DNA of 62,236 bases, the filler included, from Hausera hauseri (taxonomy: Eukaryota), in the NCBI GenBank assembly GCA_046269625.1. It is 11 parts of 11 records of this genome, joined end to end, with 100 filler letters (N's around TTAATTAATTAA, not from the genome) between each part and the next. Parts side by side here need not be neighbours in the genome. Positions count along the whole stretch, not along the records: positions 21,678 to 27,266 come from JBJURY010224965.1; positions 27,367 to 31,782 come from JBJURY010592778.1; positions 31,883 to 36,156 come from JBJURY010663774.1; 8 more parts are not named here. One strand, written 5' to 3'. This document shows, piece after piece, positions 25,230 through 36,156 of the stretch. The notes under the pieces were generated by a model. The model ran no database searches and was not told where the DNA came from. It was given only the letters and a program-made list of their open reading frames with translations. A program made the position numbers and the translations under genes. Every line of letters begins with the position of its first letter. Within the stretch, counting starts at the first letter, position 1.

Positions 25230-25620
25230 TCATTCTCTACTGATGTTATGAATTCTTTAAAAGCAACAGAGATGTGGTTTCTCAGAAGAATGTTGAATAT
25301 CCCATGGACAGCAAAGAGAACAAATGAAGATGTTTTACATGTAGCAGACGCAGAAAGAACACTTATCGGTAATATCAGAAAGAGACAAACATCTATGATT
25401 GGCCATGTTTTAAGAAAAGAAGATGTGGAGAACTTGGTCACCACAGGCAAAATACCAGGAAATAGAAGTAGTGGTCGACAGATGATGAAGTGCCTGGATG
25501 GTTTGCGTGAATGGCTCAGAAGTAGGTCAGCAGCAGAAATGTTGGAGACACCAAGAATCGCGAGATATGGAGATCCATGATGACCCATGCTTCTCAGCAT
25601 GACACCTGATGATGATGATA
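25230..25620 (+). mobile_element. RTE-clade LINE 3' fragment with (GAT)n tail
   Basis: LKATEMWFLRRMLNIPWTAKRTNEDVL...GHVLR...GKIPGNRSSGRQ. Confidence 0.85.
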
Positions 25621-25734
25621 TGCCATATACATGTTTTTCTGAAGGCACTGAAGTAATTATCTTGCGTTAATATTGTTGCGCATTAACAGTTTATGTTGTA
25701 ATACTAAATGTCCTTTTTTCTTCTTTCAATCAAG

Positions 25735-25894
25735 TGAATTCTTTGATAAAATCCAAGGCACCGTTCGAGATCTCTCAGAGGAGCCAGAAAAGTCAACTGC
25801 ATCAAACAGTTTATTTTTAAGAGCTATGAAATACCCATTTTTTCGTATAGTCGAGTACAGTAGAGTCATCATCAAGATTTCGGCTGTTGTTACA
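25735..25894 (+). CDS. ALS2: Alsin exon (DH domain)
   Basis: EFFDKIQGTVRDLSEE...YPFFRIVEYSRVIIKI (human DFLNKNQELLQDLSE...LPIRRLHNYAKVLLKL); AG/GTGAGT boundaries. Confidence 0.85.
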
Positions 25895-26117
25895 GTGAGT
25901 AGGTTTTGAGAATATGCTTGACTGGTGCTTTACTTTTAACTAGACAATTGACCAACTTGTTTGCTGCTAACCTCTGGCTCCGATACACTCCTGTAGTGCT
26001 AGACAGAAGGAGGTGCCACTGAAGTACTTCGACCGAGCTTTTGTTAATGTAATATTTTAGCAGTATAAAATAATTTTAATAAAACATAAATTTTAAAAAA
26101 ATAAAAATTAATGTACT

Positions 26118-26495
26118 TTCATCATCAACACATGCCCTGCCTTAATGGTGTTGGCGATCACGTCTCTCCACATCTCCCTATCTCTTGTGCTTGTAAACAA
26201 AACCTGTTGATGTTTTTTGGCCATGCTATGTTGTCAAATCTTCTATAATTTTATGTTTCTGTCTTCCTCTGTCTCTCTTCCCGTCAGTTTTTGCCTGTTG
26301 TTATTAAGTTCTCAAATCCTCCCATTTCTCATTACATGTCTGAAAAAATTTGATTGTGGTTTTCTTCTATCCAAAGTTGTTCTTCTTTTCTCATTAGTTT
26401 CTTTCAATACATATTCATTTGACTTTTTCTCTGTCCATGATATTTTCAACATTTTTCTCAGAAACCACATCTCTGTGGCCTCTAGATACTTTCAA
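26118..26495 (-). mobile_element. RTE-clade LINE 3' fragment
   Basis: Reverse strand encodes LEATEMWFLRKMLKISWTEK..NE; short (GAT) tail. Confidence 0.75.
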
Positions 26496-26896
26496 AAAAT
26501 GTATAAATTTAAAACATTCTTTTGCAATACAAAATGATATCAAGAGTGTTCATAGTTGTAGTCGTTGTCCTCATTCTTCAGTGTTACAACTATCTGATTC
26601 TGATGCAAAACTGTGATTTCATTGAAATCAATGTCAAATGCATCTTCATTAGCAGATGTATTGTTCAGAGAAATAGAATGTGATTTAATGATAAACCAAT
26701 TCCAGAAATTGACAAGCCAGTGTAATAAAAATCCATTTAGTCAATACCATTTGTGACAAACCCACCAACATTTCTGGAACTTGGAACCTCATGTTTTAGA
26801 AATTATGATAAGAGCATAGTTTGTTTTTCTTAAAGATTCTCACAAATTGCGTTAAAAAAATTCTGACCTTATTTCCATGGAACAGGCCAGAAAACA

Positions 26897-27165
26897 GGAG
26901 CCACAGTGGTGTAGAGGTAAGTGTGCTCGTCTGGTCGTGGGTTCAATCCCAGCTATGGGCATTGGATTTATTCACTCGAAATGGCTCCAGGAGCACACCC
27001 GGCATCAAAAATGGGTACTTGAGAAATTCTCTGGCAAAGTAAGGGTGGCCTGGCATTATGCTGACAACATAACGCAATCATGTGCCAGTGTCAATAAAAA
27101 TGTGGACACTAACTCCACATTTTCCTACACGCCTGCCTTTAGGCGTGAAATGGACTTTACTTACT
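26897..27165 (+). mobile_element. tRNA-derived SINE
   Basis: GTGGTGTAGAGGTAAG A-box, GGTTCAATCCC B-box, AAATGGGTAC core, ACTTTACTT tail. Confidence 0.6.
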
Positions 27166-27366
27166 ACAACTTACTGGCCAGAAAATGTGAATTATTGAGA
27201 TAAACACAAGCGTACTCATGATGATTCAGTGATGATACTCAACATGATTAAGTCATGTTAGACGAGNNNNNNNNNNNNNNNNNNNNNNNNNNNNNNNNNN
27301 NNNNNNNNNNTTAATTAATTAANNNNNNNNNNNNNNNNNNNNNNNNNNNNNNNNNNNNNNNNNNNN

Positions 27367-27592
27367 AAATCCAATATTATTGATTTTTGCACACTTGCAC
27401 ATGTGCTGCACACTTGCACTGTGCACAAATCGATGCACCCTGATGTGCTCTATCGATTAGCGGCACCGTTGCTAGGCACTTTATGCATCGATAGTGTACA
27501 GTGTGCAATATCGATCGGCACATGTGCAAAATCGATTTACCGATTACCCGACGCCCCCTGGGGTGGGACAGAAAGCACATTTCCTCCCTACT
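27367..27592. mobile_element. Polinton/Maverick TIR (TGCAC family) ending in CTACT
   Basis: Close match to 56125-56400; ends CCCTACT at 27592. Confidence 0.8.
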
Positions 27593-28023
27593 GACATAGT
27601 CTTCATTTGACAGAAAGTATCCATTCTCCAGTTCATTAAGAAATTGTACACAATCAATTTTGCTACTGCATATTTCTTTTGTGAGCCATTTAATTTCAGC
27701 TTCTAAGTCTATTTTTGAAGTATATGGATAATTTAGGAAAAACATAATTAAATACATAACATTTGTCACAGAAATTGTTGAAACAATGCTATTAGCACAC
27801 CTTTATTTATATCCAAATAAAAGGGGTGGGAATAGTTAAACCCAATCCACCCCAGAAAATGCTTTGTCTACTGCTTTCCTATTGGTCAGTTTTCCTTACC
27901 CCGATGACGTGTTCTCATCTCATTGGTCCACTTTCCCTCCTCCGATGACGTGTTTTGCGCTGATTGCTAACTTTCCTTCCCTGGCGGGGGGTGGTTGGGG
28001 TAATGTCCTCCTTTCCACCTACT
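27593..28023 (-). mobile_element. End of a second, different Maverick-like element (AGTAGGTGGAAAGG...) with start of a first ORF
   Basis: CCACCTACT ends at 28023; GC-rich end with paired TGACGT and ATTGG boxes; resembles the AGTAGGTAGAAG terminus at 33176; cuts off the glycoprotein. Confidence 0.6.
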
Positions 28024-29625
28024 TATATTCAAATTCTGTGATGACCTATTTCTCGGATATTTTGAAATAATACGTGTTTTCTTACTGCTTCCAGATCTGT
28101 CAAGGAATGTAATCCACTGGTGGGAAGTACTCTATTAACTTTAAACTTTATACCTTTATCCACTGGTAATAATCCAATCGTCTGTGGTATATTCATCATA
28201 GTTGGTTGGCGTGTTTTAGTCCATCTTCCATCGTTGAGTTTGAAGGCCGGATAGAAGTCTTTATAACATAGTACGAAGCTGATTTCCGTAGGTAACAATA
28301 ACTTTCAGGTAATAGGGTCCACATATCCTACTTTAATTATGTTTTTATCGTTGTATTGGACCATTAATTCGTTCGTGCAATTTGCTTTTGGTGATGTTAC
28401 TGGCATTACCTCTATCGGTGGGCATTGGTACACATGAAGTGTCTCACCTTGTGCTCTACTAAATATTCCAGGGCGATATCCCATAATTAAGGCAATATGT
28501 TCGGAAAATTCTCTGGCTAATATCAAGTCGTGCTGGTTCAATTTGTGAATGATTTTACAGTCTCGCAGTACCATCGTCTTACACAACTCAACTAAATCCA
28601 TTTTTGCGGTGTAATAGATATAATCTATCTTGTTATTCGTATATAGTTACCACTTTATATCTTCGGTTGGTAACTTTCCTGTATTTGCAATAGTTATGTT
28701 TGTTACAAAAGATCTTTATTAGATGTAGAATAAACGGCATTCGATCCACAAGTTGATACTGCTCCTTTACGAGTTAGTACGATTCTGGCCTTGTCACTGG
28801 ATGACATTAGAACTTTCAGGGAAGTGGTTTGTTTTAAGGCTTGTGAATAGGTAAACTTATATTATGGTTATGCACAGGTTCTTGATATTCGTCATCATAA
28901 TATAAATCACCTTGTACTTCGTACATAGACACCTGTTTAAGGAAGACTAATGGACATATCATGATCGTTTTTCCCAGACTAATGTAGATTCTCCCAGGAT
29001 ACACACTCCGTCAGAATATGTGCAGGATGGTGCGGTTAACATTTTTCCTGTGATTGCATCGAAATTTACTTTACATTCCTTTATAGTGACGGTATAATCT
29101 TCTATTTGTACTATAGCGGATTCTTTTTGTCCATTTGTCATCATACTTTTTCCTTTACAAGCTCCACCGTATCCGGGCCATACTTTTCCGGCTGTAACTA
29201 CACGTGAATAAACTCGTTTTCCTATACCTGCCTGTACTGGCTGTTGAAGGCCTACATGAATTGAATCAGTAGCTTTTCTACAATTTTCAGCTGTTATTGT
29301 CACGAGTTTAGGTAGTCCTTGTGGAATAATTACTGAATTCCACGAATTATAGCCGCAGTTATAAGCGAATACAACTTAATTAACTTGACATTCCTTTACT
29401 TGAACGTGTTGGTAACTGATTCTTTGATACAGATTATAGTTATAAGGACCTTCTTTCTTTACTAATATTGGATTAGCGCTTTGACATTTACCTATATCCA
29501 CCAGTGAAAGTCTAGCTGTTATTTCCGATCTGGAACAATCATAGGCTTCTGACGCTTTCATGGTTTTTATACTACTCACAGCTATCAAGTATAGTAGCAG
29601 ATAAATAATTTCTACTACCCAACCT
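28024..29625 (-). pseudogene. env: Chuvirus-type (gB-related) envelope glycoprotein, disrupted and 3'-truncated
   Basis: Hydrophobic signal IIYLLLYLIAV, then AYDCS...LSLVDIGKC...LYQR...VKEC...CG...GACKG...CTYSDGVC...TLVW; later YTNNKIDY...RDC...GYRPG...GETLHVYQC..IEV...CTNELMV...DPIT...C...PAFKLNDGRW. Confidence 0.8.
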
Positions 29626-29659
29626 GAGACATTGGTATCCTTGGGGTACATTAATCTAG

Positions 29660-30043
29660 TGGGGTTAAATTTCTTCAGGATTTTATCCCAACCACCTTGT
29701 TTAGTTACCCAATCTTTTGTTAGTTTATCCATGTAATTGGCTAAGTCCCTTACTATATGGTATAACTTGGCATAGACCTCTGTTTGGTTTTTGAAGCTAA
29801 CCACTATGCATCCTTGTGCCATTAGCAATCGGTTTTGATCACATTTCTTTAATAATCGTGTTAAGGCTTTATTTGAATTCCTTTCAGTTTATACTTCTGA
29901 AGCAATTTTGTAATTTGCGATGAGAAATTTCTCGCGGTTTCTATTATGGATTGCAATGAAATTGTTGTAATTGTTGGTATCTTTTTGAGTTGATTTGGAT
30001 TAGCTTTCTTGACTAATTGTTCTAGGAGTTCATGGGTTGTCAA
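29660..30043 (-). pseudogene. Bcl-2-like domain directly upstream of, and in frame with, the glycoprotein
   Basis: BH2 LANYMDKLTKDWVTKQGGWDKILKKF; weak BH1 LLKKCDQNRLLMAQG; weak BH3 LQSIIETARNFSSQ. Confidence 0.65.
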
Positions 30044-30049
30044 TATTAC

Positions 30050-31200
30050 CTTTAATACACCTGTTTCGTTTTAATCCTATGTTCTCGTAGCAGGATTCTT
30101 TGTTTGTTCATTTTCATCATTACTAATAGTAAATCATTGGAAATTATCGTATAATACATGTTCTAACATTTCCCGTTGTTCCTTACGTTTTCGCGACAAA
30201 GGTCTTTTTTACTTCGCCTTTCTGGCGTTTCTTCTTCGGGGTTTTCTTCATCATCACTTATTGGAATAAAATCACATTTTCGTGGTCTTCTTCACTACTT
30301 CTTAGTACCAAATTCCATGGTAATCTGATGAATCTTTCTGGTAAGGAGTCCATAGTCCACAATGTAGTCATTGTCAGCGGCTAATCTACCATAAACATCA
30401 GTTTTCGATATTATATTAGTTTCTAGATTTAATTCATTTAATACTTTCCTTCGGTGGTCTGTAAATTTAGTGAACATTCCTGATGTTACTTCGATTACTT
30501 GTTCCCGCTCATTGGTTTTAATTTTTATACTTATAATATATGGTTGTTTTTGTCTGTGTTTTCGTCTTAAGTCTCTTCCAAGAGTTTTAAGTAACTTTCT
30601 TGCTGCTAAAAAGAGAATACATTGTCTTTTGTTAGAGGTAGGAGTAATGGTGCGCATTCTATTCGGCTAGTTAGTGGTAGTAACTCATTGTCGTAAAGCA
30701 TTCCATACCTCGTTAGGTGCTGTACTGGTCATTTGTAGTTTAGCTTTAACTATTTCAATTATTGATTCTGAGGGTTCGCCGTGTACTATGGAACCTGGGG
30801 AAATATTTATTTCTGGGATATTTCTTGGGTTTTCAATTGGTAATAACGTAGTTTCGGGATATTGTACTACGTCTGCTGTAGGAATGAGTTTATCGTCTTC
30901 TAAGACTTAAAACACTTCATCTTCGTCTATGTCTTTGGTCTTGTTTGTTACCTGTGGTTTCCTTTTAGATGTACCTCGTTGTATTGAATCCCTAATGGTG
31001 TCAAGTAATGTCGGTCTTTGAGGTGGAACATTAGATTGGGACAGTGGTGCGAGTAATCTGTCGTATAAGGTTCTATCCATTTTCCAGTTGGTCTTGTTCT
31101 GACGAGCTCATGTGAATAGTCGTCAGTGTCCATATCGGGGTGTCTTTGAGCGACTGGTTCGATTGCTGGGATTGCTGTTGCTTCGGTAGTTTTTTAAGTT
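30050..31200 (-). pseudogene. Unknown polyprotein segments between exonuclease-like and Bcl-2-like domains
   Basis: Consecutive same-strand ORFs 30948-31133 and 30295-30657; no family recognised. Confidence 0.35.
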
Positions 31201-31665
31201 TCCGTATTGCTGGTAAGGCTATTCGTAGTGTTTTCTGGCTTTCTATTACCCATGGTACATTGTATTCAACTTGTATAAGTTTTCCAGTATTTGTCGAGAT
31301 ATCTTTGCGCCATAATTTCTGAGTTATGACCATGATAAACATTTGTACGTTTTGTCGGTTTGTTCCATATCGTAAAGGGTGGTTAGATTTGCTGGATTTA
31401 TTTTCAGTGTATTCAGTAAATCTGGCAATTGGCGTCCGATGATTACTTTTCCTGGTAGATACTTATTCTTGAATTTGCTTACCGATTCTTGTCGTTGAGA
31501 GTTGGACCATCTACTGTATTCGGTATATTTTCTTGTGTCTGGTATGTTCCGGTACACATGAATATTAAGAATTGTCTTTCCTTCTACGTTTTTGGCAGTT
31601 ACATGAGTAAATCCTTTTTGATCTTCTTTGGTTTTGCATCTATCTGTGAATATTATTTCTCTTTC
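31200..31665 (-). pseudogene. Divergent DEDDh exonuclease-like domain
   Basis: IIFTDRCK...FTHVTAKNVEGKTILNIHV...YLPGKVIIGRQLPDLLNTLKI...LYDM follows VALDCE...LARVS.VN..G.VLLD..V...L.GKILVGH.L..DL..L...IRDT. Confidence 0.55.
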
Positions 31666-32150
31666 CTATGTTATAGGTTCATCCGCAGATAATATGGGTG
31701 TTTCCTTAAGCAATTGTATTAAGTATAACGAGCAGTTATCTAGTGGTTAGAACTTACAATCTCCTTCGTAGGGATAATTGGGNNNNNNNNNNNNNNNNNN
31801 NNNNNNNNNNNNNNNNNNNNNNNNNNTTAATTAATTAANNNNNNNNNNNNNNNNNNNNNNNNNNNNNNNNNNNNNNNNNNNNTAAACTTTTTATAGCAAT
31901 CGCCAGTGTTCCTTTTCTGCTTGTGGCAAAGTGATTTAATTGTATAATTGGCAAATGTTGCTAATGGGATGACTAATAAATACTGGGCACTTTTTTGCTC
32001 TGATCTATGATTATGTCTGCCAAAATTGTTGTGAACGTCTACTGTAGTATCTAATGAGCTAAAAAAGAAAGGATGTCAATCCTGCGCTAAGTTCTTGTCA
32101 ATGCCTTTAAATAATAAGGCTTATGAATCAAACTGAGCTATTACTTTGAA

Positions 32151-33175
32151 ATGAGCAAGCAGGGAACACGAAAATCAACTAACCGTACTGCATTGGGATT
32201 ATCATTGTCGTCATTACCAGTTTTTCAGCTTCCAACGCGACTGCAAGTTGGATGGCATTTTGTTTTTAAGGGCGAACAAGCATACTAGTAACAAGAACAT
32301 CGTTCCACAGTTAGCTGTGAGTATTATTGAGATATGGAATCATGCCAACATTTTACCCCAGTCTCTCGCAAATGTAAAGATTAAGTTGCTTCGATTGATG
32401 ATGAAGGATCACAGGCATCAAGGCAGGGCAAGGAGGCCGAAAAGATAAAAAGGTTTAGAAATAGTCTAGACAAGTTATTTGATATTGTGGCTTGTCAGTA
32501 CAAGGAACTCTCCTTGTACCTGCGACAAAGAATTTTAAAGTCTCACGACGACAGCGGGAGTTCTTACTTAACCAAAGAACTTCACGCATGATGCAGATCA
32601 GTGGAGTTGATAGAAAGGCTTCAAGTATAATGAAGAGAAAAGCGGCAAGACAAATTCGAATGAAAGAAAGACAAGAAAAGAAACGGCAAAGGACAGTTGA
32701 AAGTAGTCGAGAAATTTCATCAGATATTGTTGGCGGGGACATTTGATTCTCAAGTGACCTCGATATTATCGAATACAAAAAGACAATGATGATGCTGACA
32801 AGTGTCAGGGTACGAGCAATCCTGATATAAATACCACTCCAATTCCAAATGTCGAACTGGAAGAAAAACGATATGGGTGTAAAACAGAGCTGTTGCAGCA
32901 ATTAGTACTGCAACGCTGTTGGATTATGGTATTATCACTTCTGAAAATATGATAAATGTAACTGATCACAGAAAAGTGTGGAAAGCATGACAGAAGCTAA
33001 AAAGGAATTTGAGGAACGAGAGAACAGAAAAGGATGAGGATATAAAAGTTGTATTTTTTGATGGTCGCAAGGATCAGACACTTGTAAAAGAGAAAAGAGA
33101 AACAAAGTGGTAAAGTACTAAGAATTTGGAAGATCACTGTGTTAGTTGGGGAACCGGGGACATTTTATTTACATC
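32151..33175 (+). mobile_element. Degenerate DNA transposase (hAT/hATm-like), interrupted by a Maverick
   Basis: LPTRLQV...IIEIWNHANI...REFLLNQRTSRMMQISGVDR; VFFDGRKDQTL...EDH..GEPG. Confidence 0.55.
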
Positions 33176-33858
33176 AGTAGGTAGAAGTGTCCTTTCCACC
33201 GCACTTCTCTGATTGTTCGGAAAACCACTTTTCCCCATCTGATTGGCTATTTCGATCATTTGACTAAAAATTTCGCAGGAAACCCCCGACCGAAAAGGAG
33301 GTCGAACAATGGACTTTGGACCAAGTAGTATCGATAGCGCGTGAAGAGGTAAGCAAAAATCAATATAGGTGAGATATACGAAAAATGTAAGGGAGAGGCG
33401 CTAGAAAAGGAAAAAGCAAAACAGGAAATGCGCCACGTATAACGCGAAACATGTTTCTAGCACTCAGAAAATTTGTACTAGCTGTAAATAGGTGTAGGCG
33501 AATCAAATGAACACGGTTGCAACGTTGTCTGACCATGGGAACATGGGAAAAAAGCCGATGAAAAAATTTCAAACGGGTGAAATTTCCCCTTGAAAAAGTC
33601 AGACGGTGGTGAAAATGGGTTGAGCACGTAGCCCATCGATAGTTGAGCATTTCATATTATAGCCGCCTCACGATCAGACAATTGTAAGTCAGTGAAATTC
33701 GTCGTTAAAAATCATCATCATCATCATTATTGTAAAAGTCAAGTTTTATGCTTTTTTTGCGTACAAGACTAGTAATCGATTATCGTATCGGAATTTCACT
33801 AAACACAAACCAAAAGCAGCAGCAACAACAAAATGAAACATATTTCACAAAGCGTTTT

Positions 33859-34230
33859 TCATAAAAGTGACTGTAATGTAAGCCATAGTTGGCAGTAATG
33901 TCCACATAGTATAGTCACTGGATGTTGATAATGAAGTCTATTATATTCAAAACGGTACGATGATAATGATTGTCTTTCAATTTGAGAAAGTAACGGTGAC
34001 GGATAGTAAAATCCAAGCGGATCGAATACTCTAATGAAGGTCGGATGGATGTACATAGCAATACAATATTCACCCGGCAACGATGAAGTGTGTGTATTGA
34101 CAATGAAGCCCCCAGTTTGTCGTAAATCACGCGGCACACAGTTTAGTCGAAACACTCCACGAAAATTTGCGTCAAAGAGCACTTTTCCGTAGTGACTGAG
34201 CTCAGTGGAGCTAAATGTAAAATGTGATTT
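33859..34230 (-). pseudogene. Adenain-like cysteine (maturation) protease; catalytic His lost
   Basis: FRGVF...FIVNTHTSSLPGEYC (normally GEHW)...VFDPLG...YN...Q...CGHYC. Confidence 0.85.
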
Positions 34231-34322
34231 AAGCATAATAGTAGTAATTTTAAAAATAAATTTCTTCATAGTACGACGAAGAAGACGAAGATTATGAAAA
34301 CGTGAGATACATGGGATTTTAT

Positions 34323-35475
34323 TTATTTTTCCACCTCGGCATTAAATACACCGTAAATGTGCATCACACTATATTGTTCCAACGCTTTAGCAAAGTGAAC
34401 CTTCAATCGTAGGTTTCCTTGCTGAGGTAGTTGAGTCTGTTCAACGTCATAATCCGAAGCCAGGACAAAGGTGAAGAAGGGATAGGTGGACTTGAACAAA
34501 TCCATCGATATGCCATTGTTGACAATTTTGTTCAGCAAACCCATGTTGCGCAAGATAGATTGCATATATGTGCAAACGTAATCACCGATCTCAAAATCCT
34601 GCTGGTATGTCTCAACGAAATCAGCATTCTTACCCAAACTGATGTAATTCATGTTGCTATGGGTAAACGTTTCCGAATCGGTGGTATAACTGCCCGTTTG
34701 TTGACGAGTCCTTTAAAATGTAACAAGCACAAATTTCGGCAATCGCATGTCACCAAACAGTGCATCTTTGTAAAACGTAGTTGAATCTTTGGGTATAGCA
34801 TAAAACACGAGTTCGGTGCGTTGTAATGGGTAACAGGCATTTTGTGTTTCAAAGCCCAATAGATGTCTTATGAACATAGATGGTTCCACCTGTACACGAC
34901 GTACGTATAATCGTGCCTCGATAATTTTCAGTATGGGTTTGAGATTTGCAACTGAGGTTTACAAACAAAAGACATTGTCGTTGCGTTTGAGCCGAATCAT
35001 GGCTTTAACACCAAACAGTAGGTATTTCGGATGATCGAAAAAGTCAAACTACAGCAGTCCACACATTGCAAGCGCTTTTGATTCTGCCACCCATGCCTGA
35101 CGGTTTGCTGCAGTGGCGTCATATCCGATTTTTTCATCAAATGAGTCGTTTTCGTATCTGCACTGGTTCAGTTAGTGGTTTAATATTGTATTGACTGCTG
35201 TTGCCTTCAATTTTGACGCTGTTTAGAGTCAGCGAAGCCTCATGCAACAGTGTGAGGAAAAGGTAATTGACCTGTGTGACAGTGTCTGTTTCAGCGAGAA
35301 CCGTTGATGCATCCTTTCAACAATGACTTTTGCATAGAGTAGCGTATCGTTCAAATCAAGATATTCATTGTCCGATGCCATAATGTTGAATTGAATGCTG
35401 CATTGTCAATAACAACTTGTGGCGCTGCTTTGTTAAATAAAAACAATGCAGATTTTGCAGTGCCATTTGACTATG
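34323..35475 (-). pseudogene. Maverick major capsid protein (PY, hexon-like), frameshifted with internal deletions
   Basis: AKSALFLF..AAPQVVI; IQFNI...EYLDLNDTLLY; KYLLFGVK..IRLKR; ARLYVRRV; GNLRLKVHFAKAL. Confidence 0.8.
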
Positions 35476-35481
35476 AATCAA

Positions 35482-35840
35482 TCAATCGAAAATTGTACAA
35501 CGACGACATTTGTTTATAGTTAAAAAGTTAGCTGATCTAACATGTTTTCTCAAGCCACTACCAGCGAATTGCTTTTTGACCGATCTCAAGACTCCCGGTG
35601 CAGCCTTTTTTATTTCTGTCAAGGCGTGTTTCTTCAATAATGGTAAAATCGATTTGTTTTCACATAGTACGTCCTGTGCTGTTTTTGCTGCTACGGCTAG
35701 AATACGCTTCAGTACCGGAAATACCAATGTACGTGCCAATGTACGCAACCATCCAAGCCATATTGTTTACCAGCGAAATACGGCAGTTCACCGCCGTGCT
35801 GAGGTTTACTGTAAATGGAAAAGATTTCAGAATTAATCAT
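35482..35840 (-). pseudogene. Maverick basic core protein (PZ-like)
   Basis: MINSEIFSIYSKPQHGGELPYFAGKQYG..(frameshift)WLRTLAR..FPVLK...FAGSG, with adenain-type xxGG/GxG sites. Confidence 0.7.
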
Positions 35841-36156
35841 GTTGTTCTTGCTTTCGACGGACAAGAACAACAACTGGTTGCGGTTCCGTAAGGATATTCA
35901 ATAAAGTAGCCTACGTCACATCTAAAATTGACTTCAACTTTGTTTATATATGTAGTTGCCACAGGCAGGTACATTGGATTATCGAGCTTGACAGTAACAT
36001 TGTCACCAGCAGTATACTTGCTGCTTTCCGGACAAATTGCACGGAGTAGCTATACACGTACTTCACCCACCAAAATGGCTTCGGTGACGTTCACATAAAT
36101 ATACATTTGACTTAGTCCAGTTTTCAGTTTGGGTTTAAATGCTGTAACATGTGCCG
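35840..36156 (-). pseudogene. Maverick minor capsid (penton-like) C-terminal part
   Basis: MYIYVNVTEAILVGE...LLRAI...NPMYLPV...INKVEV. Confidence 0.75.

Larger units (their letters stand above)
33176..36156 (-). mobile_element. Polinton/Maverick (adintovirus-like) end carrying the virion module
   Basis: Starts AGTAGGTAG at 33176, followed by protease, major capsid, core protein and minor capsid genes. Confidence 0.85.

Noticed and set aside
27377-27769. 130-aa ORF with Cys/His-rich tail
   Set aside because: It is a chimera; the C-terminal half is TIR sequence. ORFs at 45510-45895, 55634-55873 and 56017-56322 are likewise TIR translations.
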